Positions 30,472 to 40,385 of a stretch of DNA of 64,000 bases are shown piece after piece. The notes below the pieces were generated by a model. That model did not search any database. It was not told where the DNA came from and saw only the letters and a program-made list of their open reading frames with translations. The DNA comes from Sulfurospirillaceae bacterium (GTDB lineage: Bacteria; Campylobacterota; Campylobacteria; Campylobacterales; Sulfurospirillaceae). Each line of letters opens with the position of its first letter. Within the stretch, counting starts at the first letter, position 1. Position numbers and translations under genes: made by a program. Location of the stretch: assembly GCA_033723415.1 (NCBI GenBank), contig JAWVXD010000003.1:1-64000 (forward strand), written 5' to 3'.

Positions 30472-30951
30472 ATGTCAAAGATTGAGCTTTTACTTGAGAC
30501 CATACCATCATATCCTGGACAAAATATTGCAATCATAACAGATGGAACAGATGAAAAAAGTATTTTAAAATTGATAGAATTTTCTCGCGATATTGATGCA
30601 AATTTATATATAAAGGAGCTAGATTCTACTAAATTGCAAAGCGATGGAACAGTTCATATAGAAAAATTTTCATTTGAAGATACAATTTATAACAGCAAAT
30701 CAATACAATATGATTTTTTATTTTTATTTGCCAAGTTCGACGATACAAGTCATTTTCAAAGCATCGCAAAAAAAATATACAGAGCTATAAAAAATGCCGC
30801 AAATTTATTTGTATTGACAAACAAAGAAAATTCTAACACATTAGTCAATATATTGGAAGAGACAAATTTTGTAGCTATCAATATGATTAGTTTAGAAGAT
30901 GAATTTGATGCTATTTCTGCTAAAAAAATGCATGGCTGGATGAGAGTTTAA
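30472..30951 (+). CDS. Conserved hypothetical protein
   Basis: Open frame with GGAG RBS before ATG 30472; C-terminal AKKMHGW motif. Confidence 0.6.
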   Translation: MSKIELLLETIPSYPGQNIAIITDGTDEKSILKLIEFSRDIDANLYIKELDSTKLQSDGTVHIEKFSFEDTIYNSKSIQYDFLFLFAKFDDTSHFQSIAKKIYRAIKNAANLFVLTNKENSNTLVNILEETNFVAINMISLEDEFDAISAKKMHGWMRV

Positions 30952-31048
30952 GAATTTCACATTATAAAAACAATAAATTTATAACATTTTAATAAAAATA
31001 CCAGTATACTCAAAAGCATTATTATTGTTAATATAAGGAGTGGTTATC

Positions 31049-32242
31049 GTGGTGCGTATTCTCTCTGTTTTGGTTATATTGGTATTTCAAGTTGCGTATG
31101 CAAAAGTTCCTGAAAAATATTCTAGTAGCAAGTATTGTATCGGCTGTCATGTTCAAAAAGGAAAAGATTGGAAAACAACTTGGCATTCTAGGTCAAATAT
31201 TGAAAAAAATCCACTTTATAAAAAAACTCTTGAATACATATCTTCCATGACCTATAAGAGCGTTGATGATTTGGATATTAATTGCGGGCAGTGTCATAGT
31301 CCAAAAATGGGAGTTAAGAAACTAGATTACTCTTATGTAGTTTCTGAAGCTTTTGGTCTAGAAACAAAAGAAACAAAGAAAATTCACAAAGAGATGGATA
31401 ACGAAACGGCAAATGACGGGATATCTTGTATAATTTGTCATAATATTGATAAGATAAAACACAGTAAGAACATTAATCAAAGAGGTTTTGAAGCTGTTGA
31501 ATTCGGTAAAAACAACATCATGAACGGTCCGTTCGATGAAAGTAATAGAACAACTTACCACAAAATGCAAAAAAGAAGTTATTTTAACGAAGATGTAAAT
31601 ACTCTTTGTAAAGTCTGTCATGAGGGTTATAAAGAACATAATATTTATGTCTATTCTACAGGTGTAGAGTATGATTCATCAAAGAGCAAAGAAAAATGTG
31701 CAGATTGTCATATGGGAAAACGAAGACCAAGTATCGTAGCTCCAAGAGTTGAAGGTGCAACAAAAGCTGTTCAAAGATTGACTAGAAGACATCTTTTTAA
31801 AGGTGCTAGAAACAGCGATATCTTAAAAGATTCAATGAAAGTAGATGTCGGTAGTGATAGAGCAAATACTTTTGTGACCATAAAAAATCTAACACCTCAT
31901 AAGTTACCGACAGGTTTTACAGGAAGAGAACTTGTGCTTGAAGTTGTTTTTTATCATAACTCTAAAAAGATTAAAACTCAAACTAAAAGAATAAATACTT
32001 TGTATGTTGATAAAAATAATGAAGAAACACTGGCTTACATCGCAAAGAAATTAGTGTCAGACACAAGACTAAAACCATACGAAGCAAGAAAGTACAGTGT
32101 AAAGAATCCTGTCGGAGCGACAAGAGCAGAGATAAATATTTGGTATAGATTGGTCAAAAAAAGTTTAGTGCCTCTGCTTGGCGTAACTGATCCATTATTT
32201 TTGAAAAAATATGAGATATATCAAGCTTCTATAAAACTATAA
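31049..32242 (+). CDS. Periplasmic pentaheme c-type cytochrome (c554/c552-like N-terminal domain)
   Basis: Signal peptide; five CxxCH (CIGCH, CGQCH, CIICH, CKVCH, CADCH); HKLPTG motif; AAGGAG RBS favours GTG 31049. Confidence 0.88.
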   Translation: MVRILSVLVILVFQVAYAKVPEKYSSSKYCIGCHVQKGKDWKTTWHSRSNIEKNPLYKKTLEYISSMTYKSVDDLDINCGQCHSPKMGVKKLDYSYVVSEAFGLETKETKKIHKEMDNETANDGISCIICHNIDKIKHSKNINQRGFEAVEFGKNNIMNGPFDESNRTTYHKMQKRSYFNEDVNTLCKVCHEGYKEHNIYVYSTGVEYDSSKSKEKCADCHMGKRRPSIVAPRVEGATKAVQRLTRRHLFKGARNSDILKDSMKVDVGSDRANTFVTIKNLTPHKLPTGFTGRELVLEVVFYHNSKKIKTQTKRINTLYVDKNNEETLAYIAKKLVSDTRLKPYEARKYSVKNPVGATRAEINIWYRLVKKSLVPLLGVTDPLFLKKYEIYQASIKL

Positions 32243-32260
32243 GTTTTAAGAAAGACTGAT

Positions 32261-32280
32261 AAGGAGTATTCAATCTCCTT
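32261..32280. terminator. Hairpin between convergent genes
   Basis: AAGGAG/CTCCTT stem. Confidence 0.45.
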
Positions 32281-32281
32281 G

Positions 32282-33535
32282 TCATGTCAAGTTAGAGGCT
32301 GCTTGTAAAAAATCTTTTGCTATTATATCAGGATCTTCCAGCCCGACAGATATACGGATCAAACCATCATGAACACCCAGAAATCTTCTACTCTGATCGT
32401 CAAAATCACTATAAATAGTGCTAGTCATATGAAGAGCAAGGGTCCTGTTGTCACCGATATTTGCCGTTAGTGTTGCAATATTTAACCTGTCTAAAAATTT
32501 AAAAGCTCTCTCTTTCGTTTGGCAATCTATAGTAAAAATAGGACCGCATCCTTGTGGAAAATGCGTCATATAACGTTTGTAGTCATCATCTTTTTTCAAT
32601 GAGGGATGCTTTACAGTGATTTCATTTTCAAATTTATCATCCAGTATCTTTACGATCTTTGTCACACTTTCATTTACTCTTTGAACTCTTAAAGCTAATG
32701 TTTCAAGTCCTAGAAGTGTCAAAAATGAGCCAAAAGCATTTGCACTCATTCCAATGTCTCTCATAGCTCTTTTTTTGCATATTCCGGCAATTGCTTTTTC
32801 TTTGAGCTTATAGATAAATTTGTGAATATCCTGATACTTTTCATCAAGCAGCTTTTCATTTTCAGTTAGCACTTTTCTAAATACTGCGATTCCTCCAAGG
32901 GCTGCACTGTGACCACTCATATTTTTCGTAGATGAATGTATGACTATATCAGCGCCAAGTTCAAGTGGACGAATTAAGAGTGGTGTAGCCGTATTATCTA
33001 CTACAAGTAATGTTTTGTATTTTAAACATAAAGAGCTTATCTCAGGGATATCAGGTAGTTTTAAACTTGGATTTCCTACACTTTCCATCACGACTATTTT
33101 GACGCCGGATTTTAGTTTGGATTCTATTTCCCCAAAATCATCAATGCCGCAAAAACTATTTTTAATCCCAAATCTTGCCATTGTTTCAGCTATTAGCGTA
33201 TAAGTTCCACCAAAAAAACCTCCGATACAAAGCACTTCATCTCCTGTTTTTAAAAAAGCGCTCAGTACCATGGAAAGCGCTCCCATACCAGAAGATGTAG
33301 CAATAGCATTAATTCCATTCTCTATCTGTGTTACTATGGATTCTAACTTGGCATTAGTAGGGTTTCCGACTCTTGCATAAAGTGGAAGGTTTACATTGCC
33401 TGCAAAAATATCTTCAGCTTCCAAGGCGTCTTTGTAGCCATAAGAAGCTGATGGAGTTATAGTCGGTGCAGTAGCTCCTACTTTATTCCCGATTTCTTGA
33501 ACCAATAAGGTATTAAAATAATCAAAATCTACCAT
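32282..33535 (-). CDS. Cys/Met metabolism PLP enzyme (O-acetylhomoserine sulfhydrylase MetY-like)
   Basis: YARVGNPT, SSGMGA, VDNT, HSSTK (PLP Lys) and RISVGLE motifs. Confidence 0.85.
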   Translation of the reverse strand: MVDFDYFNTLLVQEIGNKVGATAPTITPSASYGYKDALEAEDIFAGNVNLPLYARVGNPTNAKLESIVTQIENGINAIATSSGMGALSMVLSAFLKTGDEVLCIGGFFGGTYTLIAETMARFGIKNSFCGIDDFGEIESKLKSGVKIVVMESVGNPSLKLPDIPEISSLCLKYKTLLVVDNTATPLLIRPLELGADIVIHSSTKNMSGHSAALGGIAVFRKVLTENEKLLDEKYQDIHKFIYKLKEKAIAGICKKRAMRDIGMSANAFGSFLTLLGLETLALRVQRVNESVTKIVKILDDKFENEITVKHPSLKKDDDYKRYMTHFPQGCGPIFTIDCQTKERAFKFLDRLNIATLTANIGDNRTLALHMTSTIYSDFDDQSRRFLGVHDGLIRISVGLEDPDIIAKDFLQAASNLT

Positions 33536-33542
33536 TTTAAAC

Positions 33543-33971
33543 CTATCTAAGTACTTGAATCAGTTGATATATCTTGCAACCTAAGCAGTAATTAAATAGT
33601 GCTTCTAGAAGCGCACACGTAATCAAAACAATAGCTAGCATAGAACCTATGATAAAGAACTTACCGAGATATAGCAAGCTTAGTGCCGATGATATGCTCA
33701 ATCCTATAAAAAGAGCAAATCTCTTTGGAGCCTCGTCACTCATATGAGATTTTATCTTTAGTTTTGTGACTATAAATTTGCCGATGTTATGTATAGGGCT
33801 AAGTTGAGGTAATCTTAATGCCCGAATCGTAAAATCATACAAAAGAATAAGCGCAAATATTGGCAAATTAGTTATGAGTAGCAATGCTGCCAGAATAACG
33901 ACTTGAACAGAATATACTCTTACGAGATTCTCGTTGATTTGTCTATTTGATATTGGACAAGTTCTTGACAT
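33543..33971 (-). CDS. DUF4395-like membrane protein (true start ATG 33971)
   Basis: CP..INENLVR, PKRFA and FNYCLGC motifs. Confidence 0.75.
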   Translation of the reverse strand: MSRTCPISNRQINENLVRVYSVQVVILAALLLITNLPIFALILLYDFTIRALRLPQLSPIHNIGKFIVTKLKIKSHMSDEAPKRFALFIGLSISSALSLLYLGKFFIIGSMLAIVLITCALLEALFNYCLGCKIYQLIQVLR

Positions 33972-34036
33972 TGTATAGCCTTTTGTTATAAATATATGTT
34001 GAATTATAGCTAAATAATTTTTAAAGTCAAGTAAGT

Positions 34037-35368
34037 CTATAGATTTAATAAATTTAGTTTTTTCCTCGCATACCATAGTATAAACAATGCTGATAGCCAG
34101 ATCATTAAAACAATTCCCCACCAGTAAAATTGTAAAGGCAAAGAGAAAAATGCCAAAGTGCTAAACAGTATGATCGGAACTATCAATTGTCTCGATAAAC
34201 TTAGATATACCAATAAAGCAGGTTTTTTGATGCCTTGCAAAAGAGAAATATTTATAAAAACCAACATATAAGCATATAGAGAAGTTGCTGCAGCATATAA
34301 ATATCCAAGTCCTGCTTTTACAACCATAGAATCTTTTGTAAAAAAATGTATAAGATCTTCTCCAAACATATATATAATGATTATGCCTATTATCCATAGT
34401 ACAAAACCAATCTTTTGTGCATATGTGACAGTTTCTTTGATCCTATCATATAATTTTGCACCGTTATTTTGAGATACAATGGATAAAACTGCAACATTGA
34501 TACCGATACTTGGTAATAAAAATATCTGTTCGATCCTTACGGATATACCGTAAGCTGCAACAACATGTTTACCGAAAATGGATATATAATACGTGATAAT
34601 GAACATGCCAAGGGCCATCAGCAGCATATTTGCAGTTGGCGGAAATCCTTGTTTTAAAAATGAGTAGATTATATGTATGTCAAATTTGAATTTAGGCATG
34701 TCTCTCAAGAGGTAGGTTCTTTTTAGATTATAAAACAGATACCCCATACCAATAAATTCGATGATTATAGTGGCTAGTGCTATACCTCTTACTCCCATAG
34801 GACTTATTCCAAAACCACCTTTTATAAACCAATAGTCAAGAACGGTATTTAAGAAAAATCCAAAAATTAAAAAGTTTCTAAACGCTTTTGTGTTACCTAT
34901 TGAATTTAAGATAGCGTTTGTAAAAAATACACCTATGAAAAATGAAGAACCATAGATGATTATATATATGTAAGATAGTGCCTCATCTAGATAGGCTCCT
35001 TTTGCACCAAGAACTTGCATCAGGAAGGATGAGCTAAGTAAACCTACGATAAAAAGTGTTACAGATAAGAATAAAAACAAAACTACAGAGTGCAATACAA
35101 GCTGCTTGGCATGGTCTTTATTCTTCTCTCCTAAAGCATTTCCTACTAGTGCGGTGATACCTTGGCTCATACCTCCTGCAACTGCTATGATCATAAAAAA
35201 TATTGAGAAGGTTAAAGACAAAGATGCCAGTGCCTGAGTTGATAGTTTACCTGCAAAGAATGTATCTGTTACGTTGAACATAGTTTGAAATATATATCCA
35301 ATAGCCGAAGGAACAGCTATATTTCGAACATGTTTTCTTATAGAACCTCTTGTTAAATCCATATCCAT
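34037..35368 (-). CDS. MATE family efflux transporter
   Basis: 12-TM pattern; TDTFFAG, GVRGIALAT and SQNNGA motifs. Confidence 0.9.
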   Translation of the reverse strand: MDMDLTRGSIRKHVRNIAVPSAIGYIFQTMFNVTDTFFAGKLSTQALASLSLTFSIFFMIIAVAGGMSQGITALVGNALGEKNKDHAKQLVLHSVVLFLFLSVTLFIVGLLSSSFLMQVLGAKGAYLDEALSYIYIIIYGSSFFIGVFFTNAILNSIGNTKAFRNFLIFGFFLNTVLDYWFIKGGFGISPMGVRGIALATIIIEFIGMGYLFYNLKRTYLLRDMPKFKFDIHIIYSFLKQGFPPTANMLLMALGMFIITYYISIFGKHVVAAYGISVRIEQIFLLPSIGINVAVLSIVSQNNGAKLYDRIKETVTYAQKIGFVLWIIGIIIIYMFGEDLIHFFTKDSMVVKAGLGYLYAAATSLYAYMLVFINISLLQGIKKPALLVYLSLSRQLIVPIILFSTLAFFSLPLQFYWWGIVLMIWLSALFILWYARKKLNLLNL

Positions 35369-35574
35369 TGTAGCTCTTTTATTAGAAATTTGAATAATCC
35401 TAGTTTGGAATTCTAGTGAATTATAGTGAAGTTTTCTTAATATATATTTTTTGTATTTTGCGTGTGCATTAGGTGTGCCTTTTTTCTTTTATCTAACTTA
35501 AAGCAATTTTTGTGTACTATTGCATTCCTTTAATGGGGTAATACGCATTAAATATATAGATTGAAGGATAGGTA

Positions 35575-36918
35575 TTGTTTGGAGTTTTAACTGATTCGTT
35601 TAAAACAGCTGTTAATAAGATAAGATTTGCAGATGATGAGAAGTCGCTAAAAAAGGCACTTGAGACACTAAAAAAATCATTATTAAAAGCTGATGTTCAT
35701 CATAAAGTCGTAAAAGAACTTTTGAGAATAGTAGAATTAGAAACAAAAGAAGCCGGCATTGGTCAGCTGAATTTTTTAAAATCCCTCAAAACAAACCTAA
35801 CGAAGATTTTGACAGCTCCCGGTAAGCAAGGTTTTGTTTATTCGTCAAAACCACCTACCGTTGCTTTGATGATAGGTTTGCAAGGAAGTGGAAAAACTAC
35901 CACGACTGTCAAACTTGCAAATTATCTAAAGATGAAGCAAAAAAAAGTTTTAGTCGCGGCATGTGATTTACAAAGATTAGCTGCAGTTGAGCAATTGAAA
36001 CAGCTTTGTGAGCAAAATGAAATAGATCTATATTTTGATGAAACAGAAAAAAACCCTGTAAATATTGCTAAAAGTGCTTTGAAAAAGGCAAAGTCAGGGC
36101 TCTATGACGTATTGCTTGTCGATACTGCCGGACGATTAGCGATAGATGAAGAATTGATGAATGAGTTAGAAAGTGTTAGTAAAACTCTCTCTCCAGATGA
36201 AGTTTTTTATGTTGCTGACTCACTAAGCGGTCAAGATGCTGTCAGAAGTGCTAGTTCTTTTCACGAAAAGATGAGCTTAAGCGGAGTTATCTTAAGTAAG
36301 TATGATGGAGATAGTAAGGGTGGCGTTGCACTTGGAATCGCAAGTCAAGTCGGAGTTCCTCTTAGGTTTATTGGTGTCGGTGAAAAAGTTGCAGATTTAG
36401 AACTTTTTATGCCGGATCGTATCACGAATCGTTTGATGGGCGAGGGCGATTTAGAAACTTTGGCAGAAAAAACTAGTGCGATCATAAATGAAAAAGAGGC
36501 AAAAAAATTAACTAGTAAAATTAAAAAGGGCGAATTTAATTTTAATGACTTTTTAGCGCAAATGGAACAAATGAAGAAACTCGGAAGTATGAAATCTTTG
36601 ATCGGTATGATCCCGGGGATGTCTTCTATGGCTGGGCAGCTCAAAGATGTGGATTTAGAAAATTCAGTTGAGATGAAAAGAATAAAAGCTATGATAGGAT
36701 CTATGACAAAAAAAGAGAGAGAATATCCGGATCTTTTAAACAGTAGTAGAAAAAGAAGAATAGCCGAGGGTGCAGGGCTTTCTCAAGTAGAAGTAAATAG
36801 ATTTTTGAAACAATTTAAAAATGCAGCAAAGATGGCAAAGAAGTTTTCAGGCAAGAAAGGGATGCAGGATTTGCAAAATATGCTATCTCAGTCTAAAATG
36901 CAGGGAATACCAAGATAG
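35575..36918 (+). CDS. ffh: Signal recognition particle protein
   Basis: GLQGSGKTT, DTAGR and DGDSKGG motifs; Met-rich M domain. Confidence 0.98.
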   Translation: MFGVLTDSFKTAVNKIRFADDEKSLKKALETLKKSLLKADVHHKVVKELLRIVELETKEAGIGQLNFLKSLKTNLTKILTAPGKQGFVYSSKPPTVALMIGLQGSGKTTTTVKLANYLKMKQKKVLVAACDLQRLAAVEQLKQLCEQNEIDLYFDETEKNPVNIAKSALKKAKSGLYDVLLVDTAGRLAIDEELMNELESVSKTLSPDEVFYVADSLSGQDAVRSASSFHEKMSLSGVILSKYDGDSKGGVALGIASQVGVPLRFIGVGEKVADLELFMPDRITNRLMGEGDLETLAEKTSAIINEKEAKKLTSKIKKGEFNFNDFLAQMEQMKKLGSMKSLIGMIPGMSSMAGQLKDVDLENSVEMKRIKAMIGSMTKKEREYPDLLNSSRKRRIAEGAGLSQVEVNRFLKQFKNAAKMAKKFSGKKGMQDLQNMLSQSKMQGIPR

Positions 36919-37007
36919 TAAAATTTTGTTAAACTTTTACAGTTTATATGTGCATGTAGTTATACATGTAAATCTAAGTCGTAAATTTTTTTAAGGAGAC
37001 CATATAA

Positions 37008-37238
37008 ATGGCAACAGCAGTAAGATTAACTAGAATGGGAAGAAAGAAAAAACCATTTTATAGAGTAGTAGTAACAGACAGTAGAAAAAGAAGAGATAGC
37101 GGATGGATCGAATCAATCGGATATTATAACCCTTTGACAGAACCGGCAACAGTAAAAATTGACATGGAAAGATTGACTTACTGGAAAAGCGTTGGAGCAA
37201 AAATAAGCGACAGGGTTGCAAAAATTTCCGGCATATAA
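37008..37238 (+). CDS. rpsP: 30S ribosomal protein S16
   Basis: [17 protein letters not shown]. Confidence 0.98.
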   Translation: MATAVRLTRMGRKKKPFYRVVVTDSRKRRDSGWIESIGYYNPLTEPATVKIDMERLTYWKSVGAKISDRVAKISGI

Positions 37239-37240
37239 TC

Positions 37241-37486
37241 ATGATCGATCAATTTTTTTATGAATTTGCAAAACTTTTAGTTGATAACCCAGAGTGTATT
37301 AGAGTCGAAAAGAAAGATATTGACGATACTTTTTGTGAAATTACTATTTTTGCCAATAAGGGCGACACAGGGAAACTGATAGGCAAAGATGGAAAAATGA
37401 TTAATTCTCTAAAGACTATAATATCTGGATGTAAAGCAAAAGACGGGAAGTCATATCGAGTGAGCGTCAAAGCAAACGATGAGTAA
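37241..37486 (+). CDS. khpA: KH-domain RNA-binding protein
   Basis: GKLIGKDG motif; lies between rpsP and rimM. Confidence 0.88.
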   Translation: MIDQFFYEFAKLLVDNPECIRVEKKDIDDTFCEITIFANKGDTGKLIGKDGKMINSLKTIISGCKAKDGKSYRVSVKANDE

Positions 37487-38012
37487 TGAAGAGCTATTGC
37501 AAGTTGCCAAAATAGGGCGACTTGTTGGCTTAAAGGGCGAATTAAAACTTCATATTCAATGTGATTTTCCTGAGCAGTTTCATCCAGGAGCTGCTTTTTT
37601 AAGTGAAAAGAACTTAAAGCTTACAATAGAAAAATACAATAGTGCAAAAAACACAGTCATCTTTGAAGGTTATAACAGCAGAGAAAAAGCTGCTGAACTT
37701 GTAAATAAAAGTTTATTGACTAGTAAACAAGATTCATTTATAAACTGTGATTTAAAAGAAGGTGAGTTCTTTTGGTTTGATATGATTGGTGCTCAGGTGC
37801 GAGAAGGCGATAAAATACTTGGTAGCGTTGAAGAGATAGAGAGAATTGCTATTAACGATTATCTTCTTGTTAAGACCTCGATTGATCTGGTTGAGCAAAA
37901 ATTACCGAAAAACTTTTATATACCATACATCGAAAGATATATAGATAGATTTGATAATGAAGAAAAAATTGTGTATACCAAAGATGCATACGGACTTTTA
38001 GAAAATTCATAA
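37479..38012 (+). CDS. rimM: Ribosome maturation factor RimM
   Basis: GLKGEL and EGEFFWFD motifs; operon context. Confidence 0.93.
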   Translation: MSNEELLQVAKIGRLVGLKGELKLHIQCDFPEQFHPGAAFLSEKNLKLTIEKYNSAKNTVIFEGYNSREKAAELVNKSLLTSKQDSFINCDLKEGEFFWFDMIGAQVREGDKILGSVEEIERIAINDYLLVKTSIDLVEQKLPKNFYIPYIERYIDRFDNEEKIVYTKDAYGLLENS

Positions 38013-38022
38013 AGATTTAACT

Positions 38023-38715
38023 ATGAGATTTACATTTGTCACTCTTTTCGAAAATTTAATTTCACCGTATTTTCAAGATTCTATACTAAAGAGATCAATA
38101 GATGCAAAAAAGATAGAAATAAAATTTGAAAATCCAAGAGATTATTCAAGTGACAAGCATAACAAAGTAGATGACTACCAAGCAGGTGGGGGAGCAGGAT
38201 TGCTTATGTTTGTTCAGCCCTTATTTGATCTTCTGAAAAAGATCAAAAAGGAAGATGCTGATGTGCATATAATTTTTCCAACTCCTGCAGGAAAACCGTT
38301 TAGGCAAATTGATGCAAAAAGATTATCTAAAAAAAAGCACATAGTCTTTGTCAGCGGTAGATACGAAGGCATTGATGAACGTGTTATAGAAGAGTTTGCC
38401 GATGAACTATTTTCTATAGGAGATTACGTATTAACAGGCGGTGAATTACCTAGTCTAGTTATGTGCGACGCTATCAGTAGAAATATTGAAGGGGTCTTGG
38501 GCAATGTTGATTCCTTAACAGAGGAAAGCTTTGAAGAAGGTTTGTTGGAAGCTCCTTCTTTTGGTAAACCGAAAATTTATGAAAATAATGAAATTCCCTC
38601 AGAGTATTTAAAGGGAAATCATGCTAAAATCAGCACCTTAAAAAATGAAATGTCTATTCTGAAAACAAAATATTTCAGACCGGACTTATTTTGTCATAAA
38701 AATACAAAGCATTGA
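38023..38715 (+). CDS. trmD: tRNA (guanine37-N1)-methyltransferase
   Basis: GRYEGIDER and [11 protein letters not shown] motifs. Confidence 0.97.
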   Translation: MRFTFVTLFENLISPYFQDSILKRSIDAKKIEIKFENPRDYSSDKHNKVDDYQAGGGAGLLMFVQPLFDLLKKIKKEDADVHIIFPTPAGKPFRQIDAKRLSKKKHIVFVSGRYEGIDERVIEEFADELFSIGDYVLTGGELPSLVMCDAISRNIEGVLGNVDSLTEESFEEGLLEAPSFGKPKIYENNEIPSEYLKGNHAKISTLKNEMSILKTKYFRPDLFCHKNTKH

Positions 38716-38734
38716 GATTAAAAAGGATTATCTA

Positions 38735-39091
38735 ATGAGAAATAAATACGTAGAAGCTTTTGAGCAAGCACAAGTAAGTGAAAAAAATATACCTGATTTT
38801 AGAGCAGGTGACACATTAAGAGTTGCTGTTAAGATTAAAGAGGGCGAAAAAGAAAGAGTTCAAAATTTTGAAGGTGTTTGCATCTCAAAAAGAGGAACAG
38901 GTACAGGCAGCACATTTATAGTTAGAAAAATAGGCGCTAACTCAGTTGGTGTTGAAAGAATCTTCCCATTGTATTCTGAGAGTATAGACAGTATTGCAGT
39001 ACTTAGAAAAGGAAGAGTTAGAAGAGCAAAATTATTTTATCTTAGAGATAGACGTGGAAAAGCTGCAAAAATTAGAGAACTTAGAAAGTAA
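38735..39091 (+). CDS. rplS: 50S ribosomal protein L19
   Basis: FRAGDT and [12 protein letters not shown] motifs. Confidence 0.98.
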   Translation: MRNKYVEAFEQAQVSEKNIPDFRAGDTLRVAVKIKEGEKERVQNFEGVCISKRGTGTGSTFIVRKIGANSVGVERIFPLYSESIDSIAVLRKGRVRRAKLFYLRDRRGKAAKIRELRK

Positions 39092-39099
39092 TCCAACAG

Positions 39100-39118
39100 A
39101 GCGGTCCTATGGACCGCT
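39100..39118. terminator. Terminator after rplS
   Basis: AGCGGTCC-tat-GGACCGCT. Confidence 0.8.
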
Positions 39119-39163
39119 TAATTCCTCCAATATAAAGAATTTTAACGAGTTACTACTTTTCAA

Positions 39164-39799
39164 TCAAAAATAGTTTTTCAAGTCTTCTTTGTTATTGATC
39201 TCTAAAGAAGTTCCTGTGTCCAAAAGAACTTCATCATCTTTTAGCTTTCTTATTACTCTTGAAAATGTTTCCGGTGTGATATTAAGTAAAGCTGCAGTTT
39301 GTGCATGTGTATTTGTTTTGAAATCAATTTCTGACTCATATATATATTTTGCTACTTTTGAAGTCGCATCAAGTGTAAGAGTGGAAACAACTCTGTTCAA
39401 ATCAACTACAGATTGAGCTAGAGAATCCATAAAGCGTCTCATATATGAAGGATTTTTCAGAATATACTCTTCAAATTTTTCATAATCCACTAGCAGTATT
39501 TTTGATTCACTCATCGTTGCACAATTTGATGGATAGTTCATATGCTTAAAATTAGAAAGTTCTGCTATTAAAGAAGGTTTTTTAATTATTTTCAAAACAA
39601 TTTCGTTGTTTTTTTGTGTAGATTTATAGATTTTTACGCTTCCTTCTATCAAGACATGTAAAAATTTCGCTTCATCATCTTTATAAAAAATGATACTGTC
39701 TTTAGAGAAACTTCTTAGTATTGAAATGTTTGCTAAGTAATCTATTTCTTCATCGCTCAACTCTTTGAAGATCTCTAATTCTCTAAGTTTATTTTTCAT
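39164..39799 (-). CDS. Crp/Fnr-family regulator, DNR/Nss type (no Fe-S Cys set)
   Basis: cNMP-binding fold, HTH TPETFSR (ExxSR), only one Cys. Confidence 0.88.
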   Translation of the reverse strand: MKNKLRELEIFKELSDEEIDYLANISILRSFSKDSIIFYKDDEAKFLHVLIEGSVKIYKSTQKNNEIVLKIIKKPSLIAELSNFKHMNYPSNCATMSESKILLVDYEKFEEYILKNPSYMRRFMDSLAQSVVDLNRVVSTLTLDATSKVAKYIYESEIDFKTNTHAQTAALLNITPETFSRVIRKLKDDEVLLDTGTSLEINNKEDLKNYF

Positions 39800-39860
39800 A
39801 ATCTGACCGTCTTCCCATAAGTTTAGTGTAGATTATACAATAGCAAACCTAGAGAAATGA

Positions 39861-40385
39861 TTAATAAAACCTATATATCTCCTCCATAAGATTGTCTATA
39901 GTAATATGTTCTCCTTTTTCTTTCATGAAATCATTTAGATATTTCTCACTCGCTTCCATACCTTCAGTTTTTTCTATCTCTACTAATTTTTTATAAAGAG
40001 GTAGCAAAACTGCCGTGATATGTTTAGACACATATTTTCTATATGCTCTATAACCGGTTATCTCTTTTGTATTTATATCTCTGATAATCTCAAAATGAGT
40101 GAAAACCCAATAATATCTTCCGTCTTTTGCCATATTTTTAATTACGGCTATGATATTGTGTCCATTTTTTATTCTGTCCCAAAGAAGTTTGAAAATAATA
40201 CGAGGCATGTCAGGGTGTCTTATGATGTTGTGGGATTTACCAATCAATTCATCTTTTGTGTATCCTGATATTTTTGCAAAATAATCATTGCAATTTGTAA
40301 TTATTCCCCTTGTATCTGTTTGAGATTCTATATAAATATTTTTATCTAAGACTATCTCTTCATCTATTGGTACTGGCTTTTTCAT
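39861..40385 (-). CDS. Stand-alone Aer/CetB-type PAS domain protein
   Basis: HNIIRHPDMP and KNMAKDGRYYWV motifs; no TM or output domain. Confidence 0.85.
   Translation of the reverse strand: MKKPVPIDEEIVLDKNIYIESQTDTRGIITNCNDYFAKISGYTKDELIGKSHNIIRHPDMPRIIFKLLWDRIKNGHNIIAVIKNMAKDGRYYWVFTHFEIIRDINTKEITGYRAYRKYVSKHITAVLLPLYKKLVEIEKTEGMEASEKYLNDFMKEKGEHITIDNLMEEIYRFY

Noticed and set aside
31049..32242. NrfA or HAO assignment for the multiheme cytochrome
   Set aside because: No CxxCK motif and only five hemes
33972..34121. Extended N-terminus of the DUF4395 ORF
   Set aside because: Overlaps the MATE 3' end; the family-like sequence begins at ATG 33971
35369..35574. SRP RNA or ffh leader RNA
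   Set aside because: No SRP domain IV motif; only weak pairing that I cannot support
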